Source: a bacterium
Lineage (GTDB): Bacteria; Zhuqueibacterota; Zhuqueibacteria; Residuimicrobiales; Krinioviventaceae
DNA: 64,000 nt
Assembly: GCA_963675755.2 (NCBI GenBank)
Contig: CAXXMD010000003.1
Coordinates: 2,848,001 to 2,912,000, forward strand
Direction of reading: 5' to 3'
Notes under the pieces: model-generated
The model's input: the letters and a program-made list of their open reading frames with translations, nothing else
The model's database searches: none
Told to the model about the DNA's origin: nothing
Made by a program: the position numbers and the translations under genes
Shown here: positions 1 through 8,440 of the stretch, piece after piece
Numbering within the stretch: position 1 is the stretch's first letter
How the letters are laid out: each line of letters begins with the position of its first letter

Positions 1-2672
1 ATGACCTGAAGCATGTTATTAAAATCATGGGCCACACCTCCGGCAAGCTGGCCAATGGCTTCCATCTTTTGGGATTGGCGGATTTGGCCCTCTAATTCCA
101 ATTCACGAGTAATATCATGATTTACGCTGACAAAGTTTGTAATATTACCATCTTCATCGCGGATTGGTGATATCTCTACTTCTTCTGTGTACAATGTACC
201 ATCTTTTTTCTTGTTTATGACCTGGGATTTCCAGATTTTACCGGATAAAATGGTGTTCCATAATGCCTCGTAATATTCAGGTTCATGTTCACCACTTTTT
301 AATATTCTTGGGTTTTGTCCAATTGCTTCTTTACGACTGAATCCGCTCGTTTTTTCAAATGCCGGATTCACATACTGCATGGTGCCTTCAATATCCGTAA
401 TAATGACAACTTCAGACGCTTGCTCAATTGCTCTGGCAAGGCGAGTATTTTCTTCAAGGGCTTTTTTCTGGGCGGAAATATCTACCAGTATACCATCAAC
501 ATAGTTTATAGTTGGTCCTTTTACCAATGTTGCCCAGATTTTGCAATACAGGGGAGTCCCATCTTTTTTCTTTAATGGCAGATCAAAGTTGTCTACCTTA
601 CCCTGCTCTATCAATAATTTGTTAAATTCTTTGAATTTTGATGGATCTAAATAGAAATTAGGTAACGGATTTCTTGCAAATTCTTCAAAGGTATCATAAC
701 CAAACATTTTGTAAACAGCAGGATTAGCGAGTATCATTCTCCCGTCTTCCTGGAATTGTCTGCGATAAATTCCAACGGGAAGTTGATTCAATAAGGAACG
801 GTATTTATTTTCACTTTCGAGTAATGCCTTTTCTGAAATTTTTCTTTCCGTTATATCTCTGGCAACAACTACGATACGATCAATTCCTGCAATATGAACT
901 TTTTTCATATTGACTTCAATCCAAAATATCTTGCCGGATTTGTGCTTTGCCTGCCATTCAAAAACAGATACTTCTTCACTTAATGCTTTCTTTAAAAGAA
1001 TTCCAGCTTCTTCAAGTGTATATGGTGGGACCCCTGAACTTATATCCTTGAGAGTGATGTTTTTAATTTCATCTTGTTCGAAACCATACATTTTACACAT
1101 GGTATCATTCACTGTAAGAATTTCGGCTGTATCAATATCGTGTATAAATACTGCATCACTAACACCATTAAAGATTGCTCTAAACTTTTCTTCACTTTCA
1201 CGCATATGTTGTTGTGCAAAATGTCTTGATTCTTCAACATTTAGTCCGGAAGAGATGATGCCCAACATATTTTTATCATAATCGTTTGGTTCGTATGGCT
1301 TGTTGTGAAAAACACATAAAATACCAACTTTTTCACCCCCTTGTTTAATGATGTGTCCAAAATAGGATTTGATGGATAGTTGGTGTATAATTGTATTTTC
1401 TATGTAATTTTGCGGATCAATTTCGGGAATGAATAACCAGTCTTTATTGCTGTTTGCAACCTGGCTGCATATACTACCTTCTAATCGGAATTTTAATGGA
1501 ATTGTTTTCGGGAGGTTCCAACTGCCAATTATTTCAAGTTGATCTTTATTAATGCGACTATAAATACAACAAGCTGCTCCAAGAATGTTTCCACAGAGTT
1601 CGGTTAGATTGTTAATATTTGCTTTAAAATCTGAGCTTGAATTGAGTAAAGTTTTGTTTATTGTTTCAAGACTTGCTGTAATTCTTTTTCTTTCCGAAAC
1701 ATCTCTTACAATGGCTAGGAGGAGTTTTTTGTCTGATATTGTTATCGAGTTCAGGCTTACTTCGGCAAAAAATGCTTTACCACCAAATGTTACATGAAGC
1801 CATTCAAAATATTGGGGTACACCGGCAAGTGCCTTTGTAACATTTTCTATTGATTTCTCTTTTGATTTATCGCCGTTGGGTTGATTATCCGGAGATAAAT
1901 CCCATGGATGCGCATCCAGAATTTGATCACGAGTACAATCAAACAATTCAAGAGTTTTTTGGTTGCAATCGATAAATTGATTTCCCTGCATGATTAAAAT
2001 TGCATCACTGGCATTTTCAATAAGCGATCTGTACAACTTTTCGCTCTCACGCAAGGCGGTTTCCTGTTTCTTTGTTTCCGTTATATCCCTTATTACACTG
2101 TGAATCTGGTCAAGTTCTCCTAAATTGTTCGTGCTGGGTCTGCTTTCCAATTCAATTATTAGAATATTTCCATTATTGCTACGAATTTCCAGTTCTGTTG
2201 TAATATTATCAATATTATTTTTTAGATTTTGGACATGTTGCTCTAGCAGTTTGATGGATTTTGAAGGGAGGAAGTCTGAAAAATGGCGTCCGATAACATC
2301 ATAACGGGTATATTCAAAGCTATCAAGCCAGGTATGATTTACATCAACAATAACTCCATTGGGGTCCATACTTTGATAGGCAATGGGTGCTTTTTCAAAC
2401 AGATCCTGAAATCTTAATTCACTGAATTTTAGTTTTTGAGCATAAATTTGTATACGCTTGAGTAATAATCCCGTGAGTAAACCTGCAGTGCCGCCAACCG
2501 TAATTGGTATAAGATACCATTTGGGCTCAATTGGTATTTTGAATAGAGTACGTTGCAAGGTAGCGATAACAGCCAAGATGATTGAACCAAGTAGGAAAGA
2601 AAAAATACCTCGTTTTATCCAGGGAAGCAGCGGATATAATGATTTTGAATTTTTGAGTGCATTTTGGTTCAT
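1..2672 (-). CDS. Membrane-anchored multi-PAS/GAF sensor histidine kinase (3' end beyond the window)
   Basis: Not in the ORF track because it runs off the edge. ATG at 2672 follows AGGAGA. Manual translation of sampled segments gives two N-terminal hydrophobic stretches, about 5 PAS-like domains, a GAF-like domain and the H-box [19 protein letters not shown] at 1-59 in the same frame as the ATG. Confidence 0.9.
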   Translation of the reverse strand, partial: MNQNALKNSKSLYPLLPWIKRGIFSFLLGSIILAVIATLQRTLFKIPIEPKWYLIPITVGGTAGLLTGLLLKRIQIYAQKLKFSELRFQDLFEKAPIAYQSMDPNGVIVDVNHTWLDSFEYTRYDVIGRHFSDFLPSKSIKLLEQHVQNLKNNIDNITTELEIRSNNGNILIIELESRPSTNNLGELDQIHSVIRDITETKKQETALRESEKLYRSLIENASDAILIMQGNQFIDCNQKTLELFDCTRDQILDAHPWDLSPDNQPNGDKSKEKSIENVTKALAGVPQYFEWLHVTFGGKAFFAEVSLNSITISDKKLLLAIVRDVSERKRITASLETINKTLLNSSSDFKANINNLTELCGNILGAACCIYSRINKDQLEIIGSWNLPKTIPLKFRLEGSICSQVANSNKDWLFIPEIDPQNYIENTIIHQLSIKSYFGHIIKQGGEKVGILCVFHNKPYEPNDYDKNMLGIISSGLNVEESRHFAQQHMRESEEKFRAIFNGVSDAVFIHDIDTAEILTVNDTMCKMYGFEQDEIKNITLKDISSGVPPYTLEEAGILLKKALSEEVSVFEWQAKHKSGKIFWIEVNMKKVHIAGIDRIVVVARDITERKISEKALLESENKYRSLLNQLPVGIYRRQFQEDGRMILANPAVYKMFGYDTFEEFARNPLPNFYLDPSKFKEFNKLLIEQGKVDNFDLPLKKKDGTPLYCKIWATLVKGPTINYVDGILVDISAQKKALEENTRLARAIEQASEVVIITDIEGTMQYVNPAFEKTSGFSRKEAIGQNPRILKSGEHEPEYYEALWNTILSGKIWKSQVINKKKDGTLYTEEVEISPIRDEDGNITNFVSVNHDITRELELEGQIRQSQKMEAIGQLAGGVAHDFNNMLQV

Positions 2673-2856
2673 TGACTGTCTCCTGTTACAATAGAAATCT
2701 ATTATGTTCGATTGGAGGCCAATAAATTTTACAAGCAATTCCCATTATTGCATGTAAAGGTATGCCTTGCTATTTTTGTCCCATGGCCTTGTTATATAAT
2801 TATATGATTTTCTTTGATTGTGTGCAAGTTAAATGTTTGTTTTTTATAAAATATGC

Positions 2857-2889
2857 AACCATGTCCGGCAATTGGAGCCGGACATGGTT
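2857..2889 (-). terminator. Hairpin, probable terminator after the 103-aa gene
   Basis: Perfect 13-bp stem AACCATGTCCGGC/GCCGGACATGGTT with a 7-nt loop, just downstream of the stop at 2896. Confidence 0.65.
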
Positions 2890-2895
2890 TGCATT

Positions 2896-3207
2896 TCAGG
2901 ACGAAAACGCCTGATGTGCATCAATACAGCCAAGCTCTACAGCCTCCTGCAAAATATCAATGTGTCCCAATCGTTTGAAATAGAGGGACGCATAATTGCG
3001 CTGTACCAGGCTGCCTTGGAATAGATAGTAGCGAATTCTTGCACGGCCTTCCTGTGAGTCAACCAGTCCCAGCGCGTAATCAAGAATTTTATAGCTGCCA
3101 ATTCCCTTGGCGTCGTTCAGATACTGCATCAATATGTCAATATTTTCGGCAGTGCCTGATTTTGCTATCTGGCTGAGTTTGTCCATGGTTAACAGGTGGG
3201 TCGTCAT
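2896..3207 (-). CDS. Hypothetical protein, 103 aa, probably alpha-helical
   Basis: Strong RBS GGAGGT upstream of the ATG and a hairpin after the stop. No recognised family. Confidence 0.8.
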   Translation of the reverse strand: MTTHLLTMDKLSQIAKSGTAENIDILMQYLNDAKGIGSYKILDYALGLVDSQEGRARIRYYLFQGSLVQRNYASLYFKRLGHIDILQEAVELGCIDAHQAFSS

Positions 3208-3241
3208 TTTACCACCTCCCTTTCTTGAGTTAGGTTATATC

Positions 3242-3275
3242 AAAAAAAAAGCCCCGTTCTTTTCGGGAACGGGGC
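3242..3275 (-). terminator. Intrinsic terminator/attenuator of unit A
   Basis: mRNA reads GCCCCGUUC-CCGAAAA-GAACGGGGC followed by U9. Confidence 0.9.
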
Positions 3276-3299
3276 TTTAATGGATAGATAAAAGTGCCT

Positions 3300-3470
3300 T
3301 TACGGCCCCGTTTTGTTCATAATAGTATCAGTGCAATCAAAATCATCATTCATGGTATCTACAGCATAGAATACATCAAACGCATTGGAACAAACTGGCT
3401 GAGTTCCATTGCAGATGGCTTTATACATGATATCCATAATGTTGATGAAAATAGTTGATTTGTATTGCAT
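3300..3470 (-). CDS. Putative leader peptide A, 56 aa (MQYKSTIFINIMDIMYKAICNGTQPVCSNAFDVFYAVDTMNDDFDCTDTIMNKTGP)
   Basis: Manual translation (below the ORF-track cutoff). RBS AAGGA upstream, stop about 25 nt before the terminator stem, and similarity to peptide B. Confidence 0.7.
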   Translation of the reverse strand: MQYKSTIFINIMDIMYKAICNGTQPVCSNAFDVFYAVDTMNDDFDCTDTIMNKTGP

Positions 3471-3492
3471 GATTATTCCTTGTTTATAAATG

Positions 3493-3524
3493 AAAAAAGC
3501 CCCGCTCCTTATTGGGAACGAGGC
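3493..3524 (-). terminator. Intrinsic terminator/attenuator of unit B
   Basis: mRNA reads GCCUCGUUCC-CAAUAA-GGAGCGGGGC-U6. Its two G.U pairs form only on the minus-strand transcript. Confidence 0.88.
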
Positions 3525-3548
3525 TTTTTAAGTTTATTTATAAATCTT

Positions 3549-3662
3549 TTATTGCCTCAATCCCGACGGTGCATCATCATCAATATCAAAATCAACAACA
3601 TCAAAGCAGACCGGTGCCCAAGCTTTGATTATAATGTTGAGATATGTTGTTGTTGTTTTCAT
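3549..3662 (-). CDS. Putative leader peptide B, 37 aa (MKTTTTYLNIIIKAWAPVCFDVVDFDIDDDAPSGLRQ)
   Basis: Manual translation. AAGGA upstream, a promoter-like element upstream, and the stop about 25 nt before the terminator stem. Confidence 0.7.
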   Translation of the reverse strand: MKTTTTYLNIIIKAWAPVCFDVVDFDIDDDAPSGLRQ

Positions 3663-3699
3663 ATTGATTTTTTATTTCCTTAAAATTTAATGAGCAATA

Positions 3700-3727
3700 A
3701 ATATAGCATTTTTTCAGATTAATGCAA
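3700..3727 (-). promoter_or_regulatory. Putative sigma70 promoter for the leader-peptide units
   Basis: TTGCAT-16 nt-TATATT with an extended -10 TGn on the minus strand. Confidence 0.55.
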
Positions 3728-3739
3728 CAATTTTTTGTT

Positions 3740-6562
3740 TTATTTTAACAAAACCATCCTCTGAATGGATGAATATTTATCTGCTTTTATATTTAACCAA
3801 TAAATTCCGGAACTGACGGGTAAATTTGATTGATTGGTCCCGTTCCAGAAAAGTTGATGACTTCCCAAAGACATATTCCTGTTTATTAATTCTTTAACAA
3901 CTCTGCCATAAACATCATAAATTGTTAGTTTTACTTTTGCAGGTTTTGGCAGGTCAAAGCGGATGCTGGTTCCTGCATTAAATGGATTGGGAAAATTGGG
4001 GTAAAGTTGAAACTCAAGTGGCAGTTTTTCATTGCCATCATCAATTCCTGTACCTTTTTGTATAGAGAAATTAAAGGCTTGTTCGCATTCAGTCAAATGT
4101 CCGTCCAGGTCAATTGCAGTAACGTTCCATTGGTAGCTGTCACCTGCTAAAAGATTTGTATTGATCTGAAAAGAATTACCTACAACATATTGGTCAATAA
4201 TTACTGTTTCAATTCCTGTCATTTGTTTTACAACAAGATGATAAGTAATGTTATCACCGGGATCATTATCGTCGGCTTTTTCCCATTTTAATTCCGGAGT
4301 CAATGTAGAAAGGGTGCTTTTGTCTTCCGGTGACATGAGCCGAAAAGTATCAGGAGCCTGATTGTCGATAAACATTGCTCCCAGATCCCAATTGCCGGAT
4401 GTTTGACGTTCATTGCCATAATAATCGGTTGTAAACCAATCAAGTGCCGGGCCATTTTGGCGGGCAGGAGAAAGCGTTAACAGGTAAACGTCAGATACCA
4501 TGTTGGGCATATTGTTACCATATACTATTAATGGATCACCGTCGAGTGAACCTGATGCGTTAAGGGTATTGTTTTTATTGTCCCAATATTCCTGGAACAT
4601 CTCAATGGTTGTAAAATCTCGTTCATACGTGGGCAGTTCTTCATCGCGATAATGAATGATAGCATTGTTAACCGACAAAGGGCCCGTACCATATAAATTA
4701 TGATGCATAATATGTGAATGCCCGGCAACATCTGCAATGCTGAGCTGGAATTCGGCATTGTTGTAAATTATATTGCCTATAATGGTTTCAGCTTCAATCT
4801 GTCGGGACCCTGAAATTGTAGTTACCAAAGCCAGGCCGGCTTTGTAACCCGCATGCTCACTTGATCCATTTGCAATGATGGTATTATAAAGAACCTGGCA
4901 ATATTTACTTGCAGTAATGGCGATCCCCGCTCCTTCATTACCGAAACAGATATTATTATAAATCCAGGTGCTGTCTGCACCCTGATCAGCAATAATGCCA
5001 TTGCCGTCGCTCCACCAGTCGGCACCCACAGTGCCGGCAGTTCCCTGATTGTTATTACTGCTAACATTCCGCTTGACGATATTTCCTATACTTGATCCAT
5101 GAATGTTTATTCCACTGCATCCGCCATGCATCCAACCATTGTTCCAGACCGAGTTATGTTCAACAATATTGTGTGAGCCATTCACACTGATTCCCCAGGC
5201 ACCATTGTTCAGGCTTTGATTATGAGAAACACTACCTTCATTTGAATTGGATAACGAGATTCCCGAAGCACCGCAATCCTGGACCACATTGTTTTCAATA
5301 ACAATACCGGAAAGGGGAGAATCTTCCGAATATACATAAATACCATGTCCGGCACGACCGCCGTCTTTGGGATATTTGATCCATGAACTGTCGTATTCGG
5401 TTTTATCGATAGTAGCCGGGTAGCTGATTTTACTGATTGTATTTTCATTGATTGTTATGTCGTTTGTGTTTTGGACATGAATTGCAGAATAACTGTTTAC
5501 AATTTCAAAAGTCGATTCATCAGGATCACCTGAAATGTTATTAAGGATGATCTGGTTTCCGGAACCGGCATTTGTAACCGCAATATGTGAAGAATGTTGT
5601 TCAGTTGGGGAACCGTTTTCCCAAAATGTGCATGACTGAACAAGATTGTCTGTTGAATTGCTACCAATTATGGAAAGGGCTGATTCTCCCATATTATTGG
5701 AAAAATTGCAAATGTTAATTCTGGTTTTATTGGCATGACTTATTAAACAGCTAATCCCTGAATTGTTGCTAAAACTATTGTCAAAAACACTGTTTTCAAT
5801 GGGTATGGAATCCGATTCCTTGAGTTCATCCGGTTCGATGCCAATGGATAATGCAATGCCTGAAAGATTGGAAAATTCGTTATAGGAGATATCGGTAAAT
5901 GATGTTCGTGAACACCACACACCGCGTTCGGTTATGGTATCTGTCTGTGTTAAAGTATTCTGCAGGATGCGATTATAGTCTCCTGCCGTATCAAGGTAAA
6001 TATGGGCATCCCATATTCTTTCAGCATTACCCGTATTGGTAAAGGTGCATTCAGAGATTTCATTGTACGATGATGTGTTAAAAACATGGATTGCAGCAGA
6101 ACCTTGATTATCTGAAAATGTACAGTTGGTTATTTTATTATAATGCGAGTTATCAAGTAAAATAGGTTTACGATTTTCAGCACAGTTTGAAAATTCTAAA
6201 TTCTGTATATGAACAAAAGATACGCCTGTTAGATCCAGTGCGTATGTACCATCCCATGAATCCGCTGTCAGGATCGGTGTTTCGTTTTCGTAAGCCATGA
6301 TAACGATGGGATCAAGGGCGGTGCCAGATGCATGAACCTCTATTTTTTCAGAATAGGTGCCGTAACGAATGAAAAGCGTATCGCCGTGAACAAGGTATGG
6401 CACTGCATGAGATATTGTTTTGAACGGCCCATGATTGTCGGTTACAACCGGTGCAAGGCCATCAAAAGCATCGTTGCCACCGCTTTGAGCGACATACCAG
6501 GTTTCGGAATAGAGTGAGGCAGAAGAGATGAGCAGTAAAATGAGCAAGAATTGTTTTATCAT
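3740..6562 (-). CDS. Secreted right-handed parallel beta-helix protein with FN3-like domain and FlgD-Ig/T9SS-type CTD
   Basis: Signal peptide MIKQFLLILLLISSASLYS (start moved to 6562, RBS GGAAAGG). Contains WYVAQSGGND..GPFKTI, many Asn-ladder repeats and the C-terminal LYPNFPNPFN...SSGIY...RMVLLK. Confidence 0.85.
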   Translation of the reverse strand: MIKQFLLILLLISSASLYSETWYVAQSGGNDAFDGLAPVVTDNHGPFKTISHAVPYLVHGDTLFIRYGTYSEKIEVHASGTALDPIVIMAYENETPILTADSWDGTYALDLTGVSFVHIQNLEFSNCAENRKPILLDNSHYNKITNCTFSDNQGSAAIHVFNTSSYNEISECTFTNTGNAERIWDAHIYLDTAGDYNRILQNTLTQTDTITERGVWCSRTSFTDISYNEFSNLSGIALSIGIEPDELKESDSIPIENSVFDNSFSNNSGISCLISHANKTRINICNFSNNMGESALSIIGSNSTDNLVQSCTFWENGSPTEQHSSHIAVTNAGSGNQIILNNISGDPDESTFEIVNSYSAIHVQNTNDITINENTISKISYPATIDKTEYDSSWIKYPKDGGRAGHGIYVYSEDSPLSGIVIENNVVQDCGASGISLSNSNEGSVSHNQSLNNGAWGISVNGSHNIVEHNSVWNNGWMHGGCSGINIHGSSIGNIVKRNVSSNNNQGTAGTVGADWWSDGNGIIADQGADSTWIYNNICFGNEGAGIAITASKYCQVLYNTIIANGSSEHAGYKAGLALVTTISGSRQIEAETIIGNIIYNNAEFQLSIADVAGHSHIMHHNLYGTGPLSVNNAIIHYRDEELPTYERDFTTIEMFQEYWDNKNNTLNASGSLDGDPLIVYGNNMPNMVSDVYLLTLSPARQNGPALDWFTTDYYGNERQTSGNWDLGAMFIDNQAPDTFRLMSPEDKSTLSTLTPELKWEKADDNDPGDNITYHLVVKQMTGIETVIIDQYVVGNSFQINTNLLAGDSYQWNVTAIDLDGHLTECEQAFNFSIQKGTGIDDGNEKLPLEFQLYPNFPNPFNAGTSIRFDLPKPAKVKLTIYDVYGRVVKELINRNMSLGSHQLFWNGTNQSNLPVSSGIYWLNIKADKYSSIQRMVLLK

Positions 6563-6596
6563 GGTTCCTTTCCGGTAATAGTTAATGCTGATAGTA

Positions 6597-6612
6597 TACA
6601 AATTGTGTGCCA
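6597..6612 (-). promoter_or_regulatory. Possible sigma54 -24/-12 promoter
   Basis: TGGCAC-ACAAT-TTGTA, one mismatch to TGGCAC-N5-TTGCW, 35 nt upstream of the beta-helix gene start. Confidence 0.4.
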
Positions 6613-6671
6613 AATTCCAAATGTTAAAGTGTTGTGAAAATGAAACATTTTTATTATACTGTCGTATATTT

Positions 6672-6688
6672 ACTGACTATTAGTCAGT
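6672..6688. promoter_or_regulatory. Putative TetR operator
   Basis: Perfect palindrome ACTGACTA-T-TAGTCAGT just upstream of the tetR-family gene. Confidence 0.7.
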
Positions 6689-6722
6689 TGTTGTGTTGTC
6701 GTTTAATTGATTTGAGGAATTC

Positions 6723-7379
6723 ATGGGAGTACAGGAACGCAGAGAACGTGAAAAAGAACAGCGTCGCAATGATATTTTAGATGCCGCTGAGCAGGTTTTC
6801 TTTGAAAAAGGTTTATCCTTGTCAACAATGGATGATGTTGCAGAGGCAGCAGAATTGAGTAAAGGTACATTGTATTTGTATTTCAATAGCAAGCAGGAGC
6901 TTTACCTGGGAATACACCAGCGTGGATTTGCGAAAATGCATGAAATGTTTACAACTGCTGCGGGAATGCATAAACAGGGTGTAGACAAGATCCGTGCAAT
7001 TGGAAATGCGTATTACGAGTTTTCAAAAAAGTATCCGGATTATTACAAGGCGATTATGTATTTTGAAGGTTCTGTTCTGGATTTTACTTCTGACAGCGAA
7101 ATGATAGAGCTATACCATCGAGATGGTAAGCAGGTTATGCAGTTTGTCCAAAATGTATTGAGTGAAGGTATTGATGATGGCACTATTGTTACAGATTTTC
7201 AGGTAGAACGGCTGGCTTTTATCTTGTGGGGACAAATCTCCGGAGTAATTCAGATCATTTCAAAAATATCGCAACATCCGGATAAACAAATCCAGTTTAA
7301 TCCTTTTGATTTGTTTGATGACTATATGCAATTTATGGGTAAATTGCTCATTAATCCTGGCAAGGAGGATAAATCTTGA
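6723..7379 (+). CDS. TetR/AcrR family transcriptional regulator
   Basis: N-terminal HTH ILDAAEQVFFEKG..TMDDVAEAAELSKGTLYLYFNSK. Confidence 0.95.
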   Translation: MGVQERREREKEQRRNDILDAAEQVFFEKGLSLSTMDDVAEAAELSKGTLYLYFNSKQELYLGIHQRGFAKMHEMFTTAAGMHKQGVDKIRAIGNAYYEFSKKYPDYYKAIMYFEGSVLDFTSDSEMIELYHRDGKQVMQFVQNVLSEGIDDGTIVTDFQVERLAFILWGQISGVIQIISKISQHPDKQIQFNPFDLFDDYMQFMGKLLINPGKEDKS

Positions 7380-8440
7380 GAATACGATTAATTTTTGTAA
7401 ATATAATTCTAGTGGTCCTTTTATCATTTCTTTTGTCCAGTTGTAACCGACAGCAGGAAATTGTAAAAGAGGATTTGACAGTACCAGTAGAGACAGCTTC
7501 AATTCAACAGCAACATGTACAGGAAACACTGCATGCATCGGGGACGTTGCAATCGGGGCAGATCAGCAAACTTTCTTTTAAAATAGGCGGTATTATCAAA
7601 GATATACGTGTGGATGAAGCCGAGTCTGTGAAAAAAGGACAGATCCTGGCCGAGTTGTATCCTGACGAGATAGAAGCGCAATTGAAAAACGCGCGAACCC
7701 AATTTGAAAAAACCAAACGTGATTTTGAACGGGCCAAAAATCTGATAAAAGACAATGCAATATCTGTTCAACAGCGCCAGGATGCGGAATCGGCTTTTGA
7801 TGCTGCTACTGCAACATTACAGATTGCAGAGTTTAATGCCAAACATGCCAGGATAATTGCCCCTTCTTCCGGTAAAATATTGAAAATTATTGCTGAAGAA
7901 AATGAAATGACTGGTGCAGGAACACCTGTGCTGGTGTTTGCCTCTACCAGCAGTGCATGGCTGGTCAAGGTAAACATGTCTGATAAAGATGTGGTCAAAC
8001 TCTCAATGGGTGACCCGGCAGATATTCGGTTTGATGCATTTCCCGGCAAGGTATATAAAGCACATATCAGCGAAATTTCAGAATCGGCAGACAGTATGAC
8101 TGGTTTGTATGCGGTAGAATTGCAGCTGGATGACGAATTGGCTCGAAAGATCAATGGGCTGGTTGCTTCAATAGATATTATTCCGCAGCAAAAAACACAA
8201 TGTTTTCTTTTACCAACCAGTGCAATAGTCAGCGCGGTTGGTCAATCCGGATATGTTTATAAATTAGATGAATCCAATAACGCTGTCAAAGTCTCCATTA
8301 ATATATTGGGATTTTACAAAGATCAGTTGATGGTTGCCGGAGATTTATTAGATGGGGACAAGATCATTACAACCGGTGCCGCATACCTAAAAGAGGATAG
8401 CAAAATAGTGGTTTCTTCCAATGCGGAGGTCGGAAAATGA
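7376..8440 (+). CDS. RND efflux periplasmic adaptor (MFP) lipoprotein
   Basis: Lipobox LLSSC, LSFKIGGII..I.V.E...VKKGQILA, IIAPSSG. Overlaps both neighbouring genes by 4 nt. Confidence 0.92.
   Translation: MRIRLIFVNIILVVLLSFLLSSCNRQQEIVKEDLTVPVETASIQQQHVQETLHASGTLQSGQISKLSFKIGGIIKDIRVDEAESVKKGQILAELYPDEIEAQLKNARTQFEKTKRDFERAKNLIKDNAISVQQRQDAESAFDAATATLQIAEFNAKHARIIAPSSGKILKIIAEENEMTGAGTPVLVFASTSSAWLVKVNMSDKDVVKLSMGDPADIRFDAFPGKVYKAHISEISESADSMTGLYAVELQLDDELARKINGLVASIDIIPQQKTQCFLLPTSAIVSAVGQSGYVYKLDESNNAVKVSINILGFYKDQLMVAGDLLDGDKIITTGAAYLKEDSKIVVSSNAEVGK

Noticed and set aside
315-2694. Plus-strand ORFs 315-575, 910-1281, 1585-1797 and 2458-2694
   Set aside because: Antisense shadows of the minus-strand PAS kinase.
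3242-3530. Repeated GCCCCG.TC..GGGAACG.GGC element as CRISPR or REP repeat
   Set aside because: Only two copies, about 250 bp apart, each with a U-tract, and no cas genes. They are terminators.
3465-3683. 72-aa plus-strand ORF
   Set aside because: It runs through a terminator, and RBS positions and G.U pairing favour the minus-strand units.
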